32,000 nucleotides of DNA from Stenotrophomonas phage vB_SmaS_Bhz54. Within the stretch, counting starts at the first letter, position 1. The number at the start of each line of letters is the position of its first letter. The notes below the pieces were generated by a model. The model was not told the DNA's origin, did not search any database, and saw only the letters and a list, made by a program, of their open reading frames with translations. This document shows positions 1 through 8,265 of the stretch, piece by piece. The stretch is from sequence record OR797041.1, one strand, 5' to 3'. A program made the position numbers and the translations under genes.

Positions 1-18
1 GAGCGGGCGAACGAGGGG

Positions 19-429
19 GTGGAAGTCCCCCTCTACACCCCGGACGGTACCAAGAGCCAGCACTGGATTCGCATCCGCGGCGTCGATTCGGACGCCTTCC
101 GCGAAGCCGAGGCCAACAGCAAGCGCGACGCCTTCCGTGTGGCCAGCATCGAGGACACCGTGGAGCGAGCCAAGGCCATCCAGGACGCCAAGCTCAACCT
201 GATCGCAGCGCTGGTCATCAGCTGGTCCTTCGAGAAGGAGTGCACCCCTGAAAACGTCAAGGAGTTCTTCCGACAGGCCCCCCAGATTGCCGATGCCGTG
301 GATCAGGTGGCGAGTAAGCGCGCCCTTTTTTTCGCGAAAAGGTCGAGCAGCTCGGTAAGCACGCCGAAGCCGAGTTCCGGCTCGACCAGAAGCCGAAAGG
401 GTCAAAGCAAACCCTCCGGGAAAGCCTGA
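19..429 (+). CDS. tail assembly chaperone (short, frame-0 product); may begin upstream of the window
   Basis: Open from the window edge (GTG at 19). It lies directly before the tape measure gene. The last ~27 residues are low-complexity (SSSSVSTPKPSSGSTRSRKGQSKPSGKA), typical of sequence read out of its conserved frame. Confidence 0.65.
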   Translation: MEVPLYTPDGTKSQHWIRIRGVDSDAFREAEANSKRDAFRVASIEDTVERAKAIQDAKLNLIAALVISWSFEKECTPENVKEFFRQAPQIADAVDQVASKRALFFAKRSSSSVSTPKPSSGSTRSRKGQSKPSGKA

Positions 430-671
430 TCCAAGTTTGGAAGACGCTGGGACGGAAGCCGAAGCAACTCGCAGAGGTCCCAGCCCTTCCACAGGAGCTC
501 GAATATGTATGGGAGTGGTATCGCGAGGTGTGTACGGGGGAGCCCCTGACCTATACCGAGCTGCACCACTGGTCGATGGTTACCGGCAAGCGCCTTCAGG
601 GGTGGGAGGCGGAACTGATACGGTCACTAGACCGCATCTTCTGGAAGGTGCAGAATGAACGATACCGCTAG
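19..671 (+). CDS. frameshifted tail assembly chaperone fusion (G/GT-type) made by -1 frameshift at TTTTTTC (327-333)
   Basis: In frame 0, 327-333 reads T|TTT|TTC. After a -1 shift the frame is open from 333 to TAG at 669-671: REKVEQLGKHAEAEFRLDQKPKGSKQTLRESLIQVWKTLGRKPKQLAEVPALPQELEYVWEWYREVCTGEPLTYTELHHWSMVTGKRLQGWEAELIRSLDRIFWKVQNERYR. It overlaps the tape measure start at 655. Confidence 0.8.
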
Positions 672-3123
672 CCTTGAGATCCGGGTCCTATCAGACCAAG
701 TCGATGCCGCCAACCGGCGCCTCGACAATCTCGAGAAGAAAGGTGCCCGCGCCGAGCGGGCCACCGACGGGCTGACCGGGGCCTTCACCCGCCTCGCTGG
801 CCCCCTCCTTGCCGCTGTCTCCGCCACAGCCGCCCTCTCCAAGCTGGTCGATGTCTCCCGGGAGTTCGACAAGCTCAACGCCGGCCTGATCACGGCTACC
901 GGCTCTGCAGAGGGGGCTCAGGTCGCTTTCGAAGCGATCCAGGACTTCGCTACCAACACCCCGTATGACCTGGCTCAGGTCACGGAGTCCTTCACCAAGC
1001 TGGTCAACTATGGCCTGACCCCGTCCGAGCGCGCCCTCACATCCTACGGCAACACCGCCTCGGCGCTGGGCAAGGACCTCAACCAGATGATCGAAGCGGT
1101 GGCCGATGCGGCTACCGGCGAGTTCGAACGGTTGAAGGAGTTCGGCATCCGTGCCAGCGCTGAAGGGGACCGGGTCAAGTTCACCTTCCGTGGGGTGTCC
1201 ACAGAGGTCGGGAAGAACGCCGCTGAGATCGAGAATTACCTGATCCAGCTCGGCGAGAACAACTTCGCCGACGCGATGACCAACCGGATGGACACCCTCG
1301 ACGGTGCCCTGTCCAACCTGGCTGACGAGTGGGATAAGCTGTTCCTGAACGTCTCCCAGCAGGGGATCGGCGACGTCATCGAAGACTCCGTGCGCCTCGC
1401 GATCGATGTGCTGGCCGAGCTGAATGCCATGCTAGCCTCCGGGGAGCTGGAGGGCTATCTCCAAGCCATCATGACCCAGTTCCAAGGCTGGGGGGATGAC
1501 ATCGTCCGGACGGTTGACATCGTCAGCCAGTTCATCCAGGACACCTTCGGGGATTGGAAGGACGAGGGCGAGGGGGTGGTCAAGTTCCTGATTGACGCCT
1601 TCAAGAACCTGCCGGCCAACCTGCGGGCCATCGTCCAGATCATGGTGGTGGAGTTCGCCTCCGGTCTTGACCGGATGAAGGCGGGGGCCGAGTTCTGGAA
1701 GGATGCTGTCACCGCTATCTTCACGGACGACACCATCTCCGCCTCCTTCACCCGCTACACCCAGCGGATGGAAGCCATTCAGTCCGCCCGGCTGGACTCC
1801 ATTGCTGCGGCCCTGCAGGAGCGCGACACCACCCTGCAGGCCACTGAAGACCAGATTGCAGCGGCTCGTAAGCTTCGCGAGGAGTATGACCGCAACCAGG
1901 CCGCCCGCCGCGCCCAGACGGGGGACCGCCTTGCCGGCTTCCGCCAGTCGGGCGGTGGGGAGGGGGCCTCCGGGTCTGTGGACAAGGCGGCCGCCGCTGC
2001 AGCCAAGAAGCGCCAGGACGAGTTCCAGCGCCTCGTGGAATCCCTGCGCACCGAGGAGGAGGCCATCCGGGCGTCCTACGAGAAGCGCCGGCAGATTATC
2101 GAACAGAACACCGCCGCAGGTTCCGGGCAGCGCGCGGACCTCATGGCTCGGCTGGATTCCGAGTACGCCGAGGAGCTTGCCAAGCTCCAGGAGGCCAAGG
2201 GCCGCGAGCTGGAGGAGGTCCGACGCTCCCTGCTGTCCGAAGAAGAAGCCATCAAGGAGAGCTACGATCGGCGCCTGCAGATCGTTCTGGACAATACCGC
2301 GGAAGGCTCCGCTGCCCGTGAGGAGCTGGCCGCTAAGCTGCAGATGGAATACGACGACCAGCTGAAGCAGCTGGAGGAAGCCAAGCAGCGTGAGCGGGAC
2401 AGCCTCTACAATGGCCTGCTAACCGAGGAGGAGATGATCCTCCAATCCTACGAGCGCCGCAAGGCCCAGATCCTTGAGAGCACCGCTGTCACCGAAACCG
2501 AGCGGCTGGAGCTGATGAAGCGGTTGGAGGAGCAGTACTCCAACGAGATGGCGGCCCTCGAGCAGAAGCGCCTGCAGACCCAGCTGGCCTCCGCCTCCGC
2601 CTTGTTTGATGGGCTGGCCGGGCTGGCCAAGTCCTACGCCGGGGAGCAGTCCCAAGCCTACCGGGCGCTGTTCGCTATCAGCAAGGCCTTCTCCGTCGCG
2701 CAGGCGGCGATGTCGATTGCCACAGGCTTGGCCAAGGCCCAGGAGCTGGGCTTCCCAGCCAACCTAGCTGAGATGGCGCGCGTCGCAGCCACAGGGGCCT
2801 CCATCGTCTCCCAGATCAACGGGGCTAACTTCGCCGGGGCCTACGACAAGGGCGGCAACATCCCGGCAGGTAAGATCGGGCTGGTCGGGGAGTATGGCCC
2901 CGAGCTGATCGAAGGCCCAGCCAAGGTGACATCCCGGGCCGAAACGGCTAAAATGCTCAAGGGCGGAGGCGAAGACGCTACCCCAGCAGCGTCGCCTGTG
3001 GTCAACGTCCGCAACATCAACGTGCTGGACCCGGCCGTCGTGGGGGATTACCTCGGGTCGGATGAAGGCGAGCAGCTAATTATGAATGTGGTCCAGCGCA
3101 ATCAGCGGGCGCTGGGCTATTAA
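655..3123 (+). CDS. tail tape measure protein
   Basis: 822 aa. N-terminal coiled coil, TMP-like LDKLNAGLITATGSAEGAQVAFEAIQDFA...TPYDLAQVTESFTKLVNYG segment, long coiled-coil repeats and a hydrophobic Ala/Gly-rich segment. It directly follows the chaperone. Confidence 0.9.
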   Translation: MNDTASLEIRVLSDQVDAANRRLDNLEKKGARAERATDGLTGAFTRLAGPLLAAVSATAALSKLVDVSREFDKLNAGLITATGSAEGAQVAFEAIQDFATNTPYDLAQVTESFTKLVNYGLTPSERALTSYGNTASALGKDLNQMIEAVADAATGEFERLKEFGIRASAEGDRVKFTFRGVSTEVGKNAAEIENYLIQLGENNFADAMTNRMDTLDGALSNLADEWDKLFLNVSQQGIGDVIEDSVRLAIDVLAELNAMLASGELEGYLQAIMTQFQGWGDDIVRTVDIVSQFIQDTFGDWKDEGEGVVKFLIDAFKNLPANLRAIVQIMVVEFASGLDRMKAGAEFWKDAVTAIFTDDTISASFTRYTQRMEAIQSARLDSIAAALQERDTTLQATEDQIAAARKLREEYDRNQAARRAQTGDRLAGFRQSGGGEGASGSVDKAAAAAAKKRQDEFQRLVESLRTEEEAIRASYEKRRQIIEQNTAAGSGQRADLMARLDSEYAEELAKLQEAKGRELEEVRRSLLSEEEAIKESYDRRLQIVLDNTAEGSAAREELAAKLQMEYDDQLKQLEEAKQRERDSLYNGLLTEEEMILQSYERRKAQILESTAVTETERLELMKRLEEQYSNEMAALEQKRLQTQLASASALFDGLAGLAKSYAGEQSQAYRALFAISKAFSVAQAAMSIATGLAKAQELGFPANLAEMARVAATGASIVSQINGANFAGAYDKGGNIPAGKIGLVGEYGPELIEGPAKVTSRAETAKMLKGGGEDATPAASPVVNVRNINVLDPAVVGDYLGSDEGEQLIMNVVQRNQRALGY

Positions 3124-3132
3124 GGAGCAACC

Positions 3133-4404
3133 ATGGCTTACGCAATCGGGACACTGTTGAAGGGTACCGGGGAAGATACCCACTACCAGCTGCTTGCCTT
3201 AATCCGCCACTTGTGCGGCGGCTTCGGGGATGTCGGGGCTATCGGTGGGACCCGGACTGGGACCGGCGACCTATCAGGAGTGGAGGCTTCCCCCACTTCT
3301 GTCACAGAGACCTGGACACTGGAATGCACCGCTGCCGCTGCGGGGGGCGGTACCTTCTCCGTGACAGGGTCAGTTACCGGCGCCACCGCCCCCGCCACGG
3401 TTGGGACCGCCTACGATAACGGGAAGGTAAGCTTTACCCTTAACGACGGCGCCACCGACTTTGTGGTTGGGGACACCTTCACCATCCCAGTGACCCAAGG
3501 CCAGCTCGCGGCGGAAGGGCAAGCGTGGGAGATCCTACGTTATGATACAGCTCCGGCGAATCGGGAGCTAATCATGAAAGCCCCCGGCCTGAGCGGCACG
3601 GAAGAGATTTTTCTCGGAGTACGGACCTATCAAAACTTCTCAGGGGACTACTATAACCTGCTGCTCGGGACCTTCACTGGGTATGTGTCTGGGAACAGCT
3701 TTGATGCCCAGCCTGGCGGGCGACTGACTGGAGTGCCAGCCCACAACAACGCCATCACCTACTATATCTCGGTGAACGGTCAGCGCCTGGTTTTCATGCT
3801 CAAGGTAGGTACCCCGGTGTACACCCACGGATACATCGGCAAGATGTACCCATACGCCCGGCCCTCGGAGTTCCCGTATCCTGTGGTCTGTGCCGGTATT
3901 CTAAACGGAGCACAAGGCGTCCGATTCTCCGCAACCTCCAACTACTTCCCGTACCACGGATACACCGTGAGTTCGAATACTAGCTTCTACCTGCGCAGGC
4001 CGGATGGCGCCTGGATCGACCCCGCCATGTGGCCCTTTACCCACGGCAGCGTTGGCGATTCACAAGGTTCTCAGTACTGCCTGGCTGGGTCTGTTAGCTA
4101 TAGCTGTCAGGTTCCGGCCAACGCCCAGTACCAGATAGAACCCATCATTCTACACGACCGGGTGAGCAGCTCCAACCTATCGAACAACATCTGGGGCGAG
4201 CTAGACGGGGTGTACTTCGTCAGCGGCTTCAACAACGCAGTTGAGAACGTCGTCCAGTATGGAGGCAGCTCGACAGTGGACCAGACCGGGATGACCCCGC
4301 TGCAGGCTGTCCAGGCTATCAAGGCCGTTGGCGGGCGGGCCTTCGTAATGGGGCAAAATATCAACAGAACTTCGTGGCGTGACTACGTCGCAATCGAAAT
4401 GTGA
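3133..4404 (+). CDS. virion structural protein, probably tail-associated
   Basis: 423 aa ORF with RBS-like aaggagcaacc before a neighbouring start and Thr/Gly-rich beta-type composition; located in the tail module. Confidence 0.55.
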   Translation: MAYAIGTLLKGTGEDTHYQLLALIRHLCGGFGDVGAIGGTRTGTGDLSGVEASPTSVTETWTLECTAAAAGGGTFSVTGSVTGATAPATVGTAYDNGKVSFTLNDGATDFVVGDTFTIPVTQGQLAAEGQAWEILRYDTAPANRELIMKAPGLSGTEEIFLGVRTYQNFSGDYYNLLLGTFTGYVSGNSFDAQPGGRLTGVPAHNNAITYYISVNGQRLVFMLKVGTPVYTHGYIGKMYPYARPSEFPYPVVCAGILNGAQGVRFSATSNYFPYHGYTVSSNTSFYLRRPDGAWIDPAMWPFTHGSVGDSQGSQYCLAGSVSYSCQVPANAQYQIEPIILHDRVSSSNLSNNIWGELDGVYFVSGFNNAVENVVQYGGSSTVDQTGMTPLQAVQAIKAVGGRAFVMGQNINRTSWRDYVAIEM

Positions 4405-4413
4405 GGAAAAGCC

Positions 4414-5349
4414 ATGGCCTTCATCACCGGCTCCGCTACCAGCTTCTCGGACCTCCGCACCGCGTTGATTAACGGGTGCGTAGCGAACGGATGGTCTAAC
4501 TCGGGAAATATCCTTTGGAAAGGCAGCAGCTACTTTGAAATAACTGCCACCAGTACCTATCTCCAGATTTATGGCGGTACTGGTCAGAGCGGCGGTGTAA
4601 TCTCCGGTAAGAGCCCTAATGGCGCAAGACTTGGAGGCTCTTACACTACATTCCCGATTTCATACGACTTGCACATCCTTACCAATCCGGATGAGGTATA
4701 TCTTGTCGTCAATTACAATACGGACTATTACCAGCAGATTTCATTCGGAACTACGACGATAGATGGGGGCGGTTATGGGCCTTGGTTCTCTGGCGCACAT
4801 AACACCGCGTATGGCCCCAGCGGTAACAATGGAATGAATGTGGCCAATATGTTCTATACCATCTATTCATATTGTTACGCAAGCACTTCCACGAACGGTT
4901 TAGGTTTGTTTAACTATGCCGCTTGGACTGGGGAAGTAGCTGCTTCGTTTGTCTATACAACTGCGAACGGAACTCCTGGATGGTATGGTTACAACAGCGG
5001 AGCCACCTCGGCCCGTCTCTCGAACAACGGAGCCGCTTCGCTGGTGGCCGCCCTGCTTAACAGCACCCCCTCAGCCTTCAACGGGGCCTCCATCCTGCTC
5101 CCAATCAAGGCGACGCTTGACATGGGGTCAAACGGAAGGGCCGTTGTGGCCAGCCTGGCTAATGCCCGTTTCTGCAGGATCGATAACAACCTCCCGGGGG
5201 AGATTATCTCCTATGGGTCGGAGCAATGGAAGGTCTATCCATGGCTTCGTAAGAGCACAGCGTCGCGAGACGGTATCAATAACTCCGCTTCGGCACCTCC
5301 CAATCATTCAGGAACGTTGGGATACGCTATTCGCTACACTGGAGCCTAA
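4414..5349 (+). CDS. virion structural protein (tail fibre/tip-like, Gly/Ser/Asn/Tyr-rich)
   Basis: 311 aa ORF, preceded by gaggaaaagcc; beta-rich low-charge composition in the tail module. Confidence 0.5.
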   Translation: MAFITGSATSFSDLRTALINGCVANGWSNSGNILWKGSSYFEITATSTYLQIYGGTGQSGGVISGKSPNGARLGGSYTTFPISYDLHILTNPDEVYLVVNYNTDYYQQISFGTTTIDGGGYGPWFSGAHNTAYGPSGNNGMNVANMFYTIYSYCYASTSTNGLGLFNYAAWTGEVAASFVYTTANGTPGWYGYNSGATSARLSNNGAASLVAALLNSTPSAFNGASILLPIKATLDMGSNGRAVVASLANARFCRIDNNLPGEIISYGSEQWKVYPWLRKSTASRDGINNSASAPPNHSGTLGYAIRYTGA

Positions 5350-5351
5350 CT

Positions 5352-7013
5352 ATGGCCGGTATTCAGGGGCAGCTCGGACTATCCCCAACCTCCCATGAGG
5401 TGAACCCCCATATAAGCGGGGACCTGGACTCCTACTCCTTTACGGCGTACCAGCACACCCCGTGGGTAGCCGGGGCAGAGACCAAAGCCGGAGGGTACTC
5501 GGCCTTCCGCTCCATACCCGGAGGGCACTGGCCCGTAGCTGGACAGGAAAGCCGAGCGTTCTTCTGGGACTTCTATAACCGCATCCACCTCCAGCCGAGC
5601 GCCATTACCCTAGGCAACCTCACCTCCTCCCAGCTCCGGGATGTAACGGTGTGGAACGCCTATACCTCCCCGAAGCTGCTGAGCAGTGTTGATGCTTCAG
5701 GGACTGATGGGATCACCCTGACCCAGCCAGTAGCTCCTCCAACCTACTTCGCACCGTTGGAGGAACGGACCTACCAGCTGAATATCAGCACTAACGGCTC
5801 CCCTGTTATTGACGCCGCCTACACCTTCGTCTTTGAGGGGGAGGCCCCGGTCCTTAGCATTACTGGGCGCCGAGTCGTCATCTGGCCTTTTATTCCACAA
5901 ACGCGCCACACCGAGGTCCTCGAGTGGAAGACCGACCTCCTCCCGAGCTTCAACAAGGAGCAGCGCCTGGCCCTACGAGCGGCCCCGCGACAGGCCTTCA
6001 CCTTTGAGTTCCAGCTAGACCCATACCAGTTCAGCCGGGCCAAGGCCATTGCGACCCAGTGGGCGCACCGTGTCTATGGTATCCCAGTCTGGTCCGAGCT
6101 GACCCGGGTCGGGGCTCTGGCCGCGGGGATGACGTACATCCCAGTCGACACGAGCTACGCCGACTACCGGGGTGATGATCTCGTGGTATTGTGGGAGTCC
6201 GATGAGAAATTCGTGGCGGTGGAGACCACCACCATTGCGGCGGGTCAGATCAACCTCAAGCTACCTCTGGAGGTCTCTTTCACCGACGCCTATGTAGCCC
6301 CCGTCCGCTTCGCCAGGACTCCTAGCGGGATGGCGTTTGACCGCAACGCCCACGATATCACTGAGGCCAAGGTGACCTTCACGGTCACCCAGAACGCCGA
6401 CCTCGGGGCCGGGGTGGGGTACCCGCAATATCGGGGCAAGGACGTGCTCACCGACCTCCCGGTCATTGTTGGTAGCATGACCGAGCGCATTTCCCGGGCC
6501 ATCGATGAATTTGACAACGGCTCCGGCCCTGTTGGTGTGGACATCCGCAATAACTGGGTTCAGGGGCGCAAGGCCATCACGTTCGACACCCTGACCAGAC
6601 GGGAGAGGTGGGCAGCCCGGCAGTGGTTGCATGCCCGTCGAGGTAGGCAGGTTGGGTTCTGGCTCCCGTCATGGAACCCAGACCTCGTATTAGTGGAGAA
6701 CATCCCGTCTGGATCGGGTGCTCTCGTAGTTCGGCCAATCGGGTATCCCCTTTACTATGGTGCCAAGGACATTATGATCCGTAAAACCACAGGAGAGGAT
6801 CTGTTCCTGCGGGTCTTGGGTGGGTCCACGGACACCAATGGGAATGAGCAGTTATCCCTCGAGGTCCCACTCGCGGCAGAGCTGCTGATGGCTGAAGTAG
6901 AGTTCATCTGCTTTATCTCCTATGTGCGCCTGGACACCGACCGGATCACCATAACGCACTCAAACGCTGGCCGGGCAACTATCAACGTACCGATTATGGA
7001 GACCCCCGAATGA
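5352..7013 (+). CDS. phage tail/minor tail protein
   Basis: 553 aa ORF that overlaps the next gene (ATGA at 7010); position matches the tail-tip gene cluster of YuA/GTA-like siphoviruses. Confidence 0.6.
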   Translation: MAGIQGQLGLSPTSHEVNPHISGDLDSYSFTAYQHTPWVAGAETKAGGYSAFRSIPGGHWPVAGQESRAFFWDFYNRIHLQPSAITLGNLTSSQLRDVTVWNAYTSPKLLSSVDASGTDGITLTQPVAPPTYFAPLEERTYQLNISTNGSPVIDAAYTFVFEGEAPVLSITGRRVVIWPFIPQTRHTEVLEWKTDLLPSFNKEQRLALRAAPRQAFTFEFQLDPYQFSRAKAIATQWAHRVYGIPVWSELTRVGALAAGMTYIPVDTSYADYRGDDLVVLWESDEKFVAVETTTIAAGQINLKLPLEVSFTDAYVAPVRFARTPSGMAFDRNAHDITEAKVTFTVTQNADLGAGVGYPQYRGKDVLTDLPVIVGSMTERISRAIDEFDNGSGPVGVDIRNNWVQGRKAITFDTLTRRERWAARQWLHARRGRQVGFWLPSWNPDLVLVENIPSGSGALVVRPIGYPLYYGAKDIMIRKTTGEDLFLRVLGGSTDTNGNEQLSLEVPLAAELLMAEVEFICFISYVRLDTDRITITHSNAGRATINVPIMETPE

Positions 7014-7819
7014 GCTACGCGACCTACGAGGATTCTTTGGAGCTTGGGACTCCTGTTGAGCTTTACGAGTTCACCCAAGGTACCCAACGGTGGTTCTACG
7101 CTAGCTGCGCTGAGGACGTCCTAGCTTTGAGCCAGGTGTTCACCGCCGCCCCCATCAAACGAAGCAGGGTGAAGACCACAACAGATATCTTCAAGGATGG
7201 GGTTACCTTGACCTTCCCACGGGACAACCCTTTCGCTAGTCAGTTCCTCGGCTTCGCCCCCGAGGAGGTCACCACCCTGACGATTCGTAGAGGCCATTAC
7301 GGTGACCCCAGCGGGGAATTCATCGTATACTGGAAAGGCCGGGTTGCCGGAGCCAAAGCAGCCAATAATGAGATCACCATAGAATGCGAATCGGTCTTCA
7401 CCTCAATAAAAAGACCTGGCCTTCGGGCCAGATTCGAATATGGGTGCCGACATGTCCTTTACGGTGCAGCTTGTGGGGCCGACCGGGAACCTTTGAAGCA
7501 CACGGGGACAGTTCAGTCCATAACTGGAGGGATCAACATATCTGTGAGCGGGGCGGCTTCCCAGCCGGACGGCTTCTACACCGGTGGTATGCTGGTAGCC
7601 CCAGACGGGGCGGCAAGGTTCATCACAAACCATGTCGGCAATGTTCTGACTATCAGCCGGCCGCTGCAGACCTTAACTGGGGCCATGACGGTGACGGTGT
7701 ACCCCGGGTGCGACCACCTCAAGGAGACCTGTCACAACAAATTCAACAACCTGGACAACTTCGGGGGTTTCCCGTATATCCCGACCAGGAACCCGTTCGA
7801 CGGCAGTTCAATCGTCTAG
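7010..7819 (+). CDS. minor tail protein, BR0599/DUF2163-like
   Basis: MSYATYEDSLELGTPVELYEFTQGTQRWFYASCAEDV plus CRHVLYGAACG...LKHTGTVQSI and a C-terminal ...GCDHLKETCHNKFNNLDNFGGFPYIPTRNPF, characteristic of this tail family. Confidence 0.75.
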   Translation: MSYATYEDSLELGTPVELYEFTQGTQRWFYASCAEDVLALSQVFTAAPIKRSRVKTTTDIFKDGVTLTFPRDNPFASQFLGFAPEEVTTLTIRRGHYGDPSGEFIVYWKGRVAGAKAANNEITIECESVFTSIKRPGLRARFEYGCRHVLYGAACGADREPLKHTGTVQSITGGINISVSGAASQPDGFYTGGMLVAPDGAARFITNHVGNVLTISRPLQTLTGAMTVTVYPGCDHLKETCHNKFNNLDNFGGFPYIPTRNPFDGSSIV

Positions 7820-7828
7820 GAGGTTAAC

Positions 7829-8062
7829 ATGGCTTGGGTCGCAGCTATCATCTTTGTCGTCGCGTTGGTTGTCGCATACACGATGGCCCCTAAGCCGGAG
7901 ACCCGTCCTCCGGCTGGCTTAGACGAGATTCAAGTCCCGACGGCCGAGGTCGGAAGGGAGATTCCTGTCCTATTCGGGCGCCGCAAACTGGAGGGGCCGA
8001 ACGTCGTATGGTACGGGCACCTCCGAACGGTCCCGATCAAAAAGAAGGGAGGCAAGAAGTGA
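7829..8062 (+). CDS. small tail-module protein with N-terminal hydrophobic segment
   Basis: 77 aa, RBS aggaggttaac before ATG, MAWVAAIIFVVALVVAYTM... ; sits between the DUF2163-like and gpJ-like genes. Confidence 0.65.
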   Translation: MAWVAAIIFVVALVVAYTMAPKPETRPPAGLDEIQVPTAEVGREIPVLFGRRKLEGPNVVWYGHLRTVPIKKKGGKK

Positions 8063-8265
8063 CAGAACAAGTTATTGTGCGGATGGGGGACCTGCGCTCC
8101 CTCCGCTACTGCGCCCGCGGGGTCCGGGAGTTCTTTGCTCGCTATGGGCTGGACTACAGCGACTTCCTGCAGAATGGTGTTCCGGCGGAGAAACTGCTCG
8201 CAGCCTCCGGTAATGATGCGATGGCCGTAGCGGCCGTGGAGGTGGCACGTGGGCGGCAGCAGTAA
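8059..8265 (+). CDS. small conserved-type tail-module protein
   Basis: GTG at 8059 overlaps the previous TGA (GTGA); 68 aa VTEQVIVRMGDLRSLRYCARGVREFFARYGLDYSDFLQNGVPAEKLLAASGNDAMAVAAVEVARGRQQ. The track ORF starts at 8008, which is probably too far upstream. Confidence 0.6.
   Translation: MTEQVIVRMGDLRSLRYCARGVREFFARYGLDYSDFLQNGVPAEKLLAASGNDAMAVAAVEVARGRQQ

Noticed and set aside
437-658. 73-aa ORF between the tail chaperone and tape measure genes
   Set aside because: The -1 frame through the same interval gives a much more protein-like sequence continuous with the upstream slippery site, so this frame is probably spurious.
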